The notes: generated by a model not told the origin, from the sequence alone. DNA of 64,000 bases from Octopus vulgaris (GCA_951406725.2 OX597816.1:73098001-73162000); one strand, 5' to 3'; positions 44,183 to 58,344 are shown, numbered from the stretch's first letter. Program-made: numbers and translations.

Positions 44183-44596
44183 GGCGGCGAGCTGGCAGAA
44201 ACGTTAGCACGCCAGGCGAAATGCTCAGCGGTATTTCGTCTGCCGCTACGTTCTGAGTTCAAATTCCGCCGAGGTCGTCTTCGCCTTTCATCCTTTCGGG
44301 ATCGATTAAATAAGTACCAGTTATGCACTGGGGTCGATATAATCGACTTAATTCGTTTGTCTGTCTTGTTTTTCCCCTCTGTGTTTATCCCCTTGTGGGT
44401 AGTAAAGAAATAGGTATTTCGTCTGCCGTTACGTTCTGAGTTCAAATTCGGCCGAGGTCGACTTTGCCTTTCATCCTTTCGGGGTCGATTAAATAAGTAC
44501 CAGTTACGCACTGGGGTAGATATAATCGACTTAATCCGTTTGTCTGTCCTTGTTTGTCCTCTCTGTGTGTAGACCCTTGTGGGTAGTAAAGAAATA
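44183..44596 (+). mobile_element. SINE family B dimer with probable 20-bp target-site duplication
   Basis: Second unit starts at 44413 (period 183); agaaacactgtc(g/c)ataatat at 44139-44158 and 44597-44616. Confidence 0.9.
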
Positions 44597-45414
44597 AGAA
44601 ACACTGTCCATAATATTCTTGCTTAAGCATAGTGAATTTGTACTTTATAAAAATATAGCCTAACCTATCAGATTAATGTAAGATTGCTTTCATTACAACT
44701 GAAGACAAACATAAAAACAAGCATTCATACATACATACGTGTGTGTGAATCTATAGTATTCTATTTAGGTACGTACTTGCGTGCAAATGTACTTTCTCGC
44801 ATGTGTATGCGATATACATCTATAATTCACTTCCCTCGTCTACTTCCCTCTTGCAAATCTTATTTTTCCTTATTCATTCGACCGTTTTAAAAATGTCACT
44901 GACCCTAGTTGAGCACCTATGTTAGATGACAGCCTACGGCTGATAACATGCTAGCGGATAACCGATAAACGAACAGTTTGATAAATGCTAGCTAATAGCC
45001 AATAGCCAACCTTAAATAGCTCCCGGTAAATATGTATATGCTAGTATGATATTTTACACTAATGCGATTAGTCATGTCTGAATTTAAGCTAAGCGTTAGT
45101 TATTAACAGTCGTGCCATGTTTTTTCAGCGTTTCCTTTATCTCAGCCATATGAGAAGACAGGCACGTGCATTTGGAAACACATACACACACACACATACA
45201 CACGTACATGCACATATGTACATACACACAGATGCAGGCGCGCACACACACACACACACACACACAACACGCGTGCATAAATACATTTATATGCATTGTC
45301 TGCATATGTATATACGATACATGCATTATGCATGTACGTATATATATATATGTGTGTATGTGTATATATACATATATATACATATACATACATACACACG
45401 CACTCACACACACA

Positions 45415-45453
<39 letters not shown>

Positions 45454-45602
45454 CATATATATATTGTATACGCGCATGCGTATGTAATCACATACATATA
45501 TTAGAGGTTAACAAGATTTCGCGTAAGAAAAGGCTCATAGCTCTTCGAAACTAAGAAATATTTTTCTATTTATGTATGTATATGTGTGAGTGTATATATA
45601 TG

Positions 45603-45633
<31 letters not shown>

Positions 45634-46043
45634 TTTTTTTTTTTTTTTATACACATAATATATATATATATATATGTATGTATATATATATATATATGTA
45701 TCTTATATATATATGTATATATATATATATACATACATACCTACATAAATACATACATACATGCATACATATATGCATGCATACTTACATACAGGCATGT
45801 ATGAATACATACGTACATACATCCACACATGTGTATCAGGTTTATCCATGAGTATGCTTAACTAACTTCAACCAATTGAAACCTTTTGCTTTCAGGAAAT
45901 AATCTACTTTATCAAAACGAAATTTTGTGTGTTTCTGTGAATGTCTGTCAGTATGCGTGTCTGCGCGTGATTATGTATATATATATATATGCACGTATCC
46001 ATATATGCTTGTATTTATAAAAATATGGGTGAGCGTAACTATG

Positions 46044-46683
46044 CAGGATTTCACCCTCAATGTCGTCAAACGCCGATCTCAAATTCCACGTCGTCAGCTT
46101 CAAATATTTTACCTTTATTCTCGATTATGCTGTCGTCTAACTTGTTTTCGTTGTCGTCAACTTAACTTCGTCACCGTCAACCTAAATGTCGTCACTGCAG
46201 GAAAGAGTGAATTTCTTTTATTGACAAGCATTGACATCAGTGATTACTTGTCACAGAATTATTTTTGAAAATGTAAACATTAAAACTTTTGTAAAAACTT
46301 ACAAATTTTGCATAATACAAATTCTCCCACCTTACAGTATTTAGACCCGTAATTATACATACATTTACGTAGCATATTAGTTGTAAGTCTACATACTATA
46401 TCGCATACATATACAACACGGTAGAGACTAAACTAACATCATTTTAACATGTTACTCGTTATTCCCTTTTCTTAACTCTTTTAACATATTCCTAAAATAT
46501 CCAGCAATCAAAGGAAATACTGCAGCAGGTAATCACTGATGTCTGTGTCATTTCATTAAGTAATTTTCTCCATTCTACAGTGACGGCACTCAAATTGACA
46601 AACTTGCGATAGACAATAACATAATCGAGGCTAGCGATGACGAATCTGAAGTTGACGCTAACGGGTCAGAGGAGGAAACCCTG
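46044..46683. mobile_element. Old MITE-like element with long degenerate terminal inverted repeats
   Basis: 46044-46200 is similar to the reverse complement of 46575-46683 (caggatttc/gaaaccctg ends, repeated tgacg motifs); TA at the right end. Confidence 0.55.
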
Positions 46684-47855
46684 TAAATATTTGGAAGTGG
46701 TCGTGAAGTTATATACAAAACGAGAGAGAGAGAGAGAGAGAGTAATAAATAGAGATGCAAGCGTCTGTATAAGTAGATATAAAAGTGTACAAATATATAA
46801 CTATTAACGATGTGTAAGAACATTTCAAGGAATTACTAATATGTTTATCTTTCCCAGATACGAAGTCAATTCTAATGGTCTGACCTACAATGAAAGGCAA
46901 AACAACGTGCCTGTCTCATCTTTTATTTTTCATTCTTCAGACGTGTCAGACGTGTAGTGTCTAAGCTTATATTAGTTATTACCTTCTCGTTTATGAAGAT
47001 ATAAGGTTTGATTTTGAAGGCTGTTTATCTCTATTATTAGATGGATATTTTTTCTTAAGACAAATATCATTTTACAAAAAAAAAAAAGAAAGAAAGAAAG
47101 GAAAAGAAGTACAAGTTTGTTATTTTGTGGACAGACAAAAAAAAAAGAGTAGAGAGAAAAAGAAGTGAGGCACAAAAAGAGATGAAGAACTAGGAATGTG
47201 CTTTTTCCTCTCCCTTTTTTCAGTCCAGACAACACAACCACTACCGTCACCACCCCCAACCTGCATCAACAGTAAAACAACTGCGCTATCAATGTAACTG
47301 ACAACAGCGAAGACAACCGCAACAACATAAATAGTAACGGCAATACTACCGCCATCAGCAATGATTCATGCAAAAGACAGCAGCAGTTGTGACCACCAAT
47401 ATGACGACGACGACGACGACAGCGACGAGCGATGCTGTATTTCCCCATCAACAATATTCCGTCGACCAGCAACGCCTCAATTACAACCGCCATCAATATT
47501 ATTATATGTTTCAGATGCAGTAAAATTATTGCAAGGGCGGACCCTTTCGCTGAAGTTGTCAGAACCACAAAGCGATTTGGGATAGAAAAAAAAAAAACTA
47601 TCAAATCTGAAGGACATCAAAAGCCAGTCTCGAAAGAGGGCATGAAGGTCCCGATAGCCGCACATGCAGAAGTGAGTGAGAGAGCCAAAGGTTTACAGTG
47701 ACTAACTGGTGAATATAGACCAGAGGTTCTCAGACAGGGTTCATATGACCCTTTGGGGTTTGTTGCAAAAAATTATGTACAATAAATTGGTTATATTTCT
47801 AAAATACACGAAATATTTTAGCAATTTTTCAATACAATTCCTAATAATATGTAAA

Positions 47856-48240
47856 TCGTCATCATCATTTAGCGTCCGTTTTCCATGCTGGCATGGGTTT
47901 CACGGTTTGACTGGAACCAGTAAGCCGGAGAGCTGCACCTATTTCTTTACTACCCACAAGGGGCTAAACACAGAGAGGACAATCAAGGACAGACAAACGG
48001 ATTAAGTCGATTATATCGACCCCAGTGCGTAACTGGTACTTATTTAATCGACACCGAAAGGATGAAAGACAAAGTCGACCTCGGTAGAATTTGAACTCAC
48101 GACGTAACGGCAGACGAAATACGGCTACGCATTTCGCCCGACGTGCTAACGTTTCTGCCAGCTCGCCACCGAGGAGATGCACCAAGTTCCAATCTGATCT
48201 GGCTTGGTTTCTATGGCTGGATGCTCTGTCTAATGCCAAA
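47856..48240 (-). mobile_element. SINE with (GAT)n tail (RTE-like 3' end), split by a family B insertion
   Basis: Minus strand gcatccagccatagaaacc...cccatgccagcatggaaaacggacgctaaatgatgatga. Confidence 0.6.
47940..48169 (-). mobile_element. SINE family B, full length
   Basis: Reverse complement of the 9279-9508 type. Confidence 0.9.
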
Positions 48241-49509
48241 TGCCATTCCTAGGATTATTCAAACCACGAATGGCTATGAGTTCAACCAAGTAAAATAGGA
48301 ATCAGAAGGGGTCCGTAATTAAATAATGGTTGAGAACCGCTGATATAAATGAAAAAAAGGCAGTAAGTGGAAAATCCCATACATTCCAAGCAAGCCGTTT
48401 GTGAACGTATGAATCCCGTCTGAATCCTCTCGAATTCCATGAATTCGTCCTGCAAAGGTCCTTCGCAAACTGGCTTTTTCGAAGCAAGAGAAGAAAGCTG
48501 CTCCAAGTCACGTGGAAACAAAACCACAATTAGATCTTTGTGAGCTCTAGGCAACGGTTTCCAACAGTTTCCAACAGCACACTTCCCAACCGTATTGGGG
48601 TTGTGGTGGATCAGAGACGGTGGAATTCATTGCTTGTTTCCATGACCTATCGTTGCTCCCGGCAAAGATAAGGAGTTGCGAAAATCCTAAAATCGTAGCA
48701 GAGTGATTGTGCGAAGGCAAAATACTTGGTGTGGACTGCGTGCTCTACGAGCTTCGTGGATGAATAACGGATTTGCTCGCCCGTCCACAAATCAGGGAAC
48801 ATTTCTAGCTTTGTTAGCCTAGGAGTAATAACGCTGATGAGAAAAGAGGTGTAGAAGAAAGACAGCATCGACGATTTCAGCTACATAATTCTGCAAAAGA
48901 CAGAGTTTAAGAATTTAGCAAAGTTTTCACTAAAACATTGGTGTTTGTCACTCAATATGTAGCTCGAATTGCGCAGGCCTGCCTGATTCCCGGCAGCCTA
49001 TCTACGACAATCTCCACTTCATACGATATATCATAAAGAGTTTTGGTAATAAATCCAGCTTGAAAAGACTCCTGAGCTATCTAGATCAATGCAAAGCTTT
49101 CAGAATGGTCAACCATCGGTATCTGGAGGCGGTTTTGTAGCAGTCAGTTTCGTTGCCATTTTCAGGAATTGGATTGCATTAAGGTAGATTGGCATTTCGT
49201 TAATAAGACAAAATGGCCACCTGTCCTCACTCGTTCAGGTGTTCAGGTGAAAAGAATGTTACCAAACACAATGGTAACACTCAACTAGAATTAGAGGAAA
49301 AGGAAGATATTCCTGAAGGGCCGATCAGACATGAATATGTTGCTTATATTATTTACTTACTTCAAACCTTTGTGCCTTGCACCATTTTCATCTGACCATG
49401 ATGGAGCCTGTGAATACAATGCCGTTTTCTTCATACACTTGATTTCTATAAATACCCAAACCATTTTGTAACTACTCGTATTATTAATATCATTATTATT
49501 ATTATTATT

Positions 49510-50065
49510 GACTGAGAGAGCAGTTCATGCCATCAAAGTGACACTGGGGTAAAATATACGAAGCCCAATATACCCATCATGACTACCCGTCTGATAAAGG
49601 TACACCAGGCACATGCATCACAACCATATGTGCGCGACATGGTGATCTCATATCAAGATAAACAGCACATGACCTTGCAGGTGGGGCCCAGTTAGAATTT
49701 TCTTCAGGTTGAGTAGCCCATCCCGCTCAAACAGTCCCTGAATAAGGGTTGTTTAAGGATGTTGAAAGAACCACCCATGTTTCCAGAGGTGAACTATTCA
49801 AACCCCAAAGAATCCCTCTCAACACATGGCTATGATGCTCCCCCACTACTTCTGCTCGTGATCAGAGATGCACATATCGTCAGCCACTAAGGGACATGCT
49901 CAACTGGTTAAGGTCAAACAACTGACAAGCAAATCTGTGGTATTGAGCAGAATATTTGCTGTAGCCCATCTTTTATACCAAGACAAAACAATGTACATGA
50001 TAACACTTCCAATCAGTTAAGCATCAGAAGCCATGAGAGCCACTGCCTGGTACTGCATCAGGGCA

Positions 50066-50070
<5 letters not shown>
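49510..50070 (-). mobile_element. ~560-bp ORF-less element inserted in an (AAT)n tract (possibly Dong/R4-related; strand tentative)
   Basis: Sharp boundaries, higher GC, (ATT)n on both sides; the clade assignment is inferred from target preference only. Confidence 0.55.
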
Positions 50071-50132
<62 letters not shown>

Positions 50133-50211
50133 TTATTATTATTGTTGTCATTGCTTTTGCACAGCTTCTAACGCTGAAGATGTACTACAGTATTATTATT
50201 ATTATTATTAT

Positions 50212-50247
<36 letters not shown>

Positions 50248-50406
50248 GAGGAGGAGGAGGAGGAGGAGTAGGAGGAGGAGGAGGAGGAGAAAGGGGCAGC
50301 AGCAGCAGTCAAAGTAGCACATAAAAGAAATGACCATCATCATCACCACCATCATCATCATCATCATTATTATTATTATTATTATTATTATCATCATTAT
50401 TATTAC

Positions 50407-50471
<65 letters not shown>

Positions 50472-51064
50472 CTAACAATAGTAAATTAATTAGCAACTCA
50501 CACGCATACACATTATTGCAGATCGGCGATGTGTGTGTGTGTGCGAGTGTGTGTATGTGTGCGTGCGCGCGCGCGCGCGCGTGTGTGTGTGTGTGTAGAA
50601 GGAGGTTATATTCCCCTCAGTCGATTCATTTCATTTCCTATGAAAGTATCACACCTTCGATCTAAACTAGTAATCGATATTTATCTCCCGGAAATGTGAT
50701 AAATAAAATCATGTGTTTGACATTTTCTAATTAGATGTCTACACCCGGCCAGTCATGGGTGAATGCATATATTAACTTTCATTGAATATATATTCGAAAC
50801 CAATACACAATTTAACCTAAGCTGCAGGGATATGGAAATGAACGATGTCAGTGAATAGTATATAATGCTGGATATGTTACTAGTATGTGGAGAGATATGA
50901 ATATGCAGAAACACTCGCCAATCATGCATTGTTCCCGCCGCTTCCTTTAGTGGTTTCAACCCGTGCTTCTTTGTTTAATTTTCCTATCTGCTACATTGGA
51001 AAATACTACAAAATACTTGCTAATCGAGCATGTATAAAATATGTACATATGTATGTATGTATGC

Positions 51065-51112
<48 letters not shown>

Positions 51113-51231
51113 TTGAATATATGTATATATTCATGTTACATATATATGAGCGTGTGTACATTTACACTCACACACATACACATATATATATGTGTGTGAG
51201 TGCCGTATGGATAGCTGTGTTATATATACAT

Positions 51232-51278
<47 letters not shown>

Positions 51279-51411
51279 TACATGCATACATATATATAAA
51301 GAGAGAGGGTGAGGGAGAGAGGGAGATAGACAGATAATTAGATAGATAGATAGATAGATAGATAATATATATATATATATATATACATATATATATACGA
51401 ATACATACATA

Positions 51412-51520
<109 letters not shown>

Positions 51521-52563
51521 TTATATTTATATTTATATATATTTCCCTCAATATTCACCTGACTGTCAGTCAATAAAAATATTAAATGTATTAAATTCTA
51601 ATCATAGATTGAAAAAAATTAAGAAAAACCCAAACAAATAAGTAAATAAATACATGGAAGATGTTTTGAGAGAGAGAGAGAAAAGAGAGAGGTAGAGTGC
51701 GCGCGTGAAGAGAGAGAAATAGATAGAAAGAAAGGAGAAAAAGTTTGTATAATAACAAAAATATGAAATTAGTTTAATTATAATTACGAAAACAATATTA
51801 AATTTTAAATAGGAATTAATTTTTGACACACGCAGACACACACACACACACACACATACATGCATGCACGAAAAAATTAAACATGATAAAATATAACAAC
51901 GATAGTAATAATAATAATAATCATGATGATGATGATGATGATTATGATGATGACGATGATGAAGTTGACGATTACGAAAACGGTGATAACGACGATGATG
52001 GTAGTAATGATGATGATGATGATGATGATGTTGATGATGGTGGTGGTGGTGGTGGTGGTGGTGATGATGATGATACTGATCATCATCATCGTCGTCGTCA
52101 TAATAATTGTATTAATAATAAGAAGAATATAAATAATAATAAAATTCTAATATTCCATATAAAATAGAAATAAAATATTTTTATATTTTTCAGGCGTCTT
52201 TAAATCATGTTGATCTTGTTTGTTTTTTTTTGTTTTTCTTGTTTTGATTTTCCTCGATTATTATTTTTTTTTTCTATAATTTTGTAATTTAATCTACGTG
52301 CATGATGTTTCAGGCTTAATTAAGAAATCAATTCTTTAAAATGTTGTGGAAATGATGAATATATTTTTCTCAGATATAAATAAATTATTGTTGAATACAA
52401 ATTGTAACAAATTGGTGGGATGGAAGGCTATACGTGTGTATGTATGCAGACATATTCACACACACATATATATATAGATACACATACACGTATGCATACA
52501 CACATACACACCCACACGCATGTACATATATATGCATATATATATATACATTTATATATATAC

Positions 52564-52668
<105 letters not shown>

Positions 52669-52870
52669 GAGAGAGAGAGAGAAGGAAGAGTATACATGCA
52701 ATAAGAATATGTGCCTATATATATATTTGTACATATGGATATCGTTTGTTGTGAGGGAATGCATGCTTATTTGTGAGTGTGTGTGTGTGTGCGTGTGAGT
52801 TAGGAAAAACCATAACTGAATATATACTCAATACACGTTTATTTAAAAGTTTATGTTTATTACAATATAT

Positions 52871-52914
<44 letters not shown>

Positions 52915-52943
52915 GGGAGAGAGATAGGTAGATAGATAGATAA

Positions 52944-53018
<75 letters not shown>

Positions 53019-53157
53019 TAGATATGTATATGTATATCTATAAATATATAGATATAAATGTGTATATATATGTTTATATGAGTGTATGTATATATATATA
53101 TACATGTATATATATATCCATATATGTATATGTATATATATATATATTTATATATAC

Positions 53158-53203
<46 letters not shown>

Positions 53204-53931
53204 GTGAGTGGCCAAACGAAAGATGTGCACTCGACACATTTATTCGAAGTTGTATGTATGGGTCAAACTGTTTTGACCCATACACGTATATGTATGTATA
53301 TATATATGTATATATGTATGTGTGTGTGTGTATGTTGTAGGTATATTAATGTATATACATATACATATATGTAACATATATATGTGTGTATGTATATTAC
53401 TGAGCAAGGTACGTTCGATGCTACTACTTCAAATTTGGGCTTTATTCAGTACAATTGTACAGTTAAAATTTATGGGGAATGAAAGGCCTCGCTTGAGCCA
53501 GCGTATAAGTTATGAGCATATATATATCATAAGCTCATAATGGATGTTCATTTTCCTGAAGACGTGATGAGTCGTAATATTTGAATAGAAGTGTGCTTAG
53601 TTCATTTTTGTCAGATTCAGTCCTTTCCATGTATGTGTTTGGCACGTAATTACTTTTTTTTTTTTTTTGGTGGGGTGGGTGATCTAAATTTCATGTTTCT
53701 GAAGGATACCTGCTTCCCATCAATGAATAATATAAGCACAATGTTAATTTCACACACACACACTGATGCACTCACACACACACACATACACAAACACACA
53801 CACACGTACACACACGCATACACACACACATATATGTTTACTTATATATGCGTATACATATGTATATACAAGTACATATATATATATATTATATATATAT
53901 ATATACATATGCGTCTGTGTGTGTGATTATA

Positions 53932-53973
<42 letters not shown>

Positions 53974-54018
53974 GATAGATAGATAGAGAGAGAGGTACAT
54001 AGAGAGATAGATAGACAG

Positions 54019-54077
<59 letters not shown>

Positions 54078-54107
54078 TGCAGACGGAAAGACAGACAGAT
54101 ACATACA

Positions 54108-54138
<31 letters not shown>

Positions 54139-54589
54139 GCATGTATGTATCAAAGTCCTTGCTGTCTAACAGTTGATTTGATCCGCGACTGTTGAACTAT
54201 TGCAATGCGACTATGGAAGAGCGACTTCAAAATCACAAGGAAACTTGAAACGTAGAATTGTCTCAGTGATCTGGTCGGAATTGTGCAATGAAATATTTGA
54301 TAAGTCAAGGAATATATTAGAAACAAATCTAGGAGTTTTTATGCGTTTAATGTACTGAATACTCTTTGTAGCATTCTATATAATTCTGCTGATATTAACT
54401 AATCTTGAATCTATTTCCTGTTAATCCGATGTTATTTATAAGATTTTCATTAATGTTAGATGTGACAGTGGCTGTTTAGATACCGGATATTCTAGACAGT
54501 TGCCATTCACTGGACAAATTTGTGCATATGACAATTGCAATTTAGAGCGTTAATAATATTTGTATTCTGGGAATTTGAGTAACACATCA

Positions 54590-54606
54590 TCCTCCTCCTC
54601 CTCATT

Positions 54607-54686
<80 letters not shown>

Positions 54687-54765
54687 TACTACTACTACTA
54701 CTACTATTACAAACAGTACTACTACAAACATCACCAACAATACCATCACTACTACTACTGCTAGC

Positions 54766-54849
<84 letters not shown>

Positions 54850-54990
54850 AAGATGAAGAAGAAGAAGAAGAAGAAGAAGAAGAAAAAGAAGAAGAAGAAG
54901 AAGAAGAAGAAGAAGAAGAAGAAGAAGAAGAAGAAGAAGAATGAATGAATGAATGAATTGAATGAATGAATGAATGAATGAATGAATTTG
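54590..54990. repeat. Compound microsatellite (TCC-TCA-TTA-CTA ... TAA-GAA-GAAT)
   Basis: Direct reading. Confidence 0.95.
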
Positions 54991-55917
54991 ATTGAATGTA
55001 GTAGATTACACTATGTGACCTTTTTTTCTTGCATTTCCTCTCTGTGTACTTGTGATAAACACCGTTAAATACTAGTGCAATTGCTACTCTATTGAGATGT
55101 CTTCATAAGCGATGATCAAAATTGTTTTAGCTAAATCTAGATTTGACTTTTAGGAAGACACGCTTAACAATTGAGGTCATGACCTAGACTGAAACATTTG
55201 GTGTAATATATGTTTGGAATAATGCCGTTAAGGTTAAATGTTAGTTCCTAGTTATGGACTATTTTTAGAACGGTACTTACTGTAGTATTTAGATACACAT
55301 TGAATAGATTAATTATATTTCTTCTGCATTAAGTAATATAATATCTGTTGATATTTTTGAGGATTAATAAGCCGTCATATTCGTATATTTCGTTAAAACC
55401 AATTAAATTTGAAATTTCTGCAGTCTCGTTTTTTCATGCTCAAATTGTAAAATTTATATATTTTAGTATCCATACACTGTTTCTAAAGAAGTTAATCATA
55501 TTTTCAAATCTGCTTTATTATCTGTATGTTGTTATTTGTAAAGGTAGAATGAAGTTTAACATCATATCTAGGACTTTTACAATTATAGACTTAGGAGAGA
55601 TAACAGCCAATAATAACGAAGTAGGTGAAAGTATATATTTGTTCCTCATAGTAATTTCGCAACAAAATTTACATGCATTCATTTTTGTCGTAAAATGCAA
55701 ATTTAGAAGGATTCTGGATTTTATTGCTTGTTTCAGACATATTCATACAAGCTTTTAAATAATGTTTTGGTTCAATTTCTTTGACTGTTTTAGGGTTATA
55801 AATAAAGTAGGGACCAAGATTCTTCAGAATTGTATATGTTATATCCTTTTCGTTTTCATTAATTCATGTATCAAAAAGCAGATATGACCAACTAAGTGAT
55901 ATATATATATATATATG

Positions 55918-55960
<43 letters not shown>

Positions 55961-56024
55961 GTATATACATGTGTGTATATACATATATATATATATGATA
56001 TATATATATATATGCATACATATG

Positions 56025-56081
<57 letters not shown>

Positions 56082-56086
56082 CATAC

Positions 56087-56200
56087 ACACGTGTCAACTC
56101 AATGCGGCCGTTTCTAGTGGCTCCATTTAATTGATTAATGAAAACATAACATTAATTCAAATGGAGTCGCTTGAAACGGCCGTAATGAAGTGACACCTGT
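56087..56200. repeat. Long imperfect hairpin at the end of a (TA)n-flanked element; both arms carry an HHR 3' half
   Basis: gtgtca...cggccgtttc...ctccattt / aaatggag...gaaacggccg...tgacac. Confidence 0.8.
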
Positions 56201-56669
56201 ATCTTTCTTATTCATTTATATTCCGTTCACCTAACTTGGAATCTTCACTTCGGAAATACTATAGAAAGTACCTTTATAAAAGTACATGTCTGAATTACCA
56301 AGAGCAGATATCTTCACTTATCTGGATTATGTAGTCTACACACACGACAGAAATATTAAGTGCAAATACCCCTACACGGAGTCTTGATATGCAATAATCA
56401 AATGATATTTTTGGGATATGTAGATTATACCGAACTAGCAAGGTGGCTCAGTTTAAGTGCCTAATTCAACTTAATCTTAACGATATATGTATATATATGT
56501 GTGTGTGTATTTATGTAAACATATATATATGCATATGTATATATGCATATATATACTAAATGTGTGTATTTGCGTATGTTTTTGTTTATAGATATGTGTT
56601 TATGTATATATATACATATACATATACACATACACACATGTATATATATATATATATGTGCGTGTATAA

Positions 56670-56717
<48 letters not shown>

Positions 56718-57238
56718 GCACGTAGGTATGCATGTATATATGTATGTATGTATGTTTGTATGTATGTATGTATGTATGTATGTATGTATGTATGTATGTA
56801 TGTATGTATGCAATTATATATGTATGCATCCATGTATTATCGTCTTGAGAGAGACACACACACGCATACAAGATCAAATATGCAAATGCGTGTGTAGTTC
56901 TATTCGTATAGGACCAATAATAAACATTGAGAGCTTGATTACTCTTCAGAAATAAACATTTAATATATTGGCTATTAATTTATAGATTTATACTTATGAA
57001 TGTGAATATTAGTTCGCATGTACACACATACATCACCCGCACACTTACACACAGAATAATACACACACATTACCATTGATGTATGCATATGTGTGTGTGA
57101 GTGTGAGTCAGTGAGTGCGCATGTGTGCAGGGTATGTTTTTGTGAGTGTGTATGTGTGTATGTCTGTGTCTGTACGTATACATGTGTTCAGATAGAACAG
57201 ATGTATATGTATGTGTGTGTGTATTATGTATGTGTGAA

Positions 57239-57369
<131 letters not shown>

Positions 57370-57392
57370 GTACATATATTATTTATATATAC

Positions 57393-57444
<52 letters not shown>

Positions 57445-57453
57445 ATATATATG

Positions 57454-57489
<36 letters not shown>

Positions 57490-57627
57490 TGTATGTATGT
57501 ATGTATGTATGTATGTATTTATGTATGTATCTATGTATGTACATAAACTTACTTGGAAATGGTTGCATGGCGTTAAATTAATAAGTAGTAAATAATATAT
57601 AGTATATATATAAAAACATGCATATAA

Positions 57628-57689
<62 letters not shown>

Positions 57690-57820
57690 TTATTTATTTA
57701 TTTATATATATATATAAGAAATGGAAAACAAAACAATGAATTAAACAATTATAAATTCAATTCAATTTAAATATTTTATATTTAATATCCCTAAGGTGAT
57801 TTTTACGCCTATCTAAATTG

Positions 57821-57905
<85 letters not shown>

Positions 57906-57909
<4 letters not shown>

Positions 57910-58162
57910 AGACGTCACCAGCGGTTCAAACAACATGAAATGCGTAAACATCGAGGAAAAATGGAAAACAGGACAAGTAAACACAGAGAAAGGACCCTTC
58001 ATCAGTTGTCGGCCTTCCATTTACTCCCCGTTTCGAAATGAGGAGTAGATAGACAGCCGACTGAGGAAGGGTCCTTCCTATGGGTTTACTTGTCCTGTTT
58101 TCCATTTTTTCCTCGTTGTTTACGTTATTCCATTTTGTTTGAACCGTTGATGACTTCCTGTA
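57906..58162. mobile_element. Spacer-less ~257-bp fold-back element in (TA)n
   Basis: Arms complementary about the centre tttc|gaaa (58034/58035); tcatcag at 57999 and ctgagga at 58061. Confidence 0.8.
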
Positions 58163-58344
58163 CCTATATATGCATGTATTTATATATATAGTATACTATA
58201 TATACTACATATTCATTATTTATTACATGTATATATATACATATATATATGTATATATATATATATCTACATATAATAAATAATAAATAAAGCATAAAAT
58301 CAAGTGTTTAAATAAGTATATATATACATCTATATACATATATG

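Larger units (their letters stand above)
47721..48342. mobile_element. hAT (Charlie-like) MITE containing nested SINEs
   Basis: TIRs cagaggttctca / tgagaaccgctg; 8-bp flanks atatagac / atataaat. Confidence 0.65.

Noticed and set aside
43480-44604. Longest ORF (374 aa, minus strand)
   Set aside because: A chance read-through of an antisense SINE B dimer, a short unique stretch and microsatellites.
46581-46686. Apparent terminal exon (ctacag acceptor, DGTQIDKLAIDNNIIEASDDESEVDANGSEEETL*)
   Set aside because: It coincides with the right arm of the degenerate inverted repeat 46044-46683, which explains it better.
50564-50582. (CG)n runs as a CpG island or promoter (also ~39378-39391)
   Set aside because: Short runs embedded in (TG)n microsatellites, with no extended GC-rich region.
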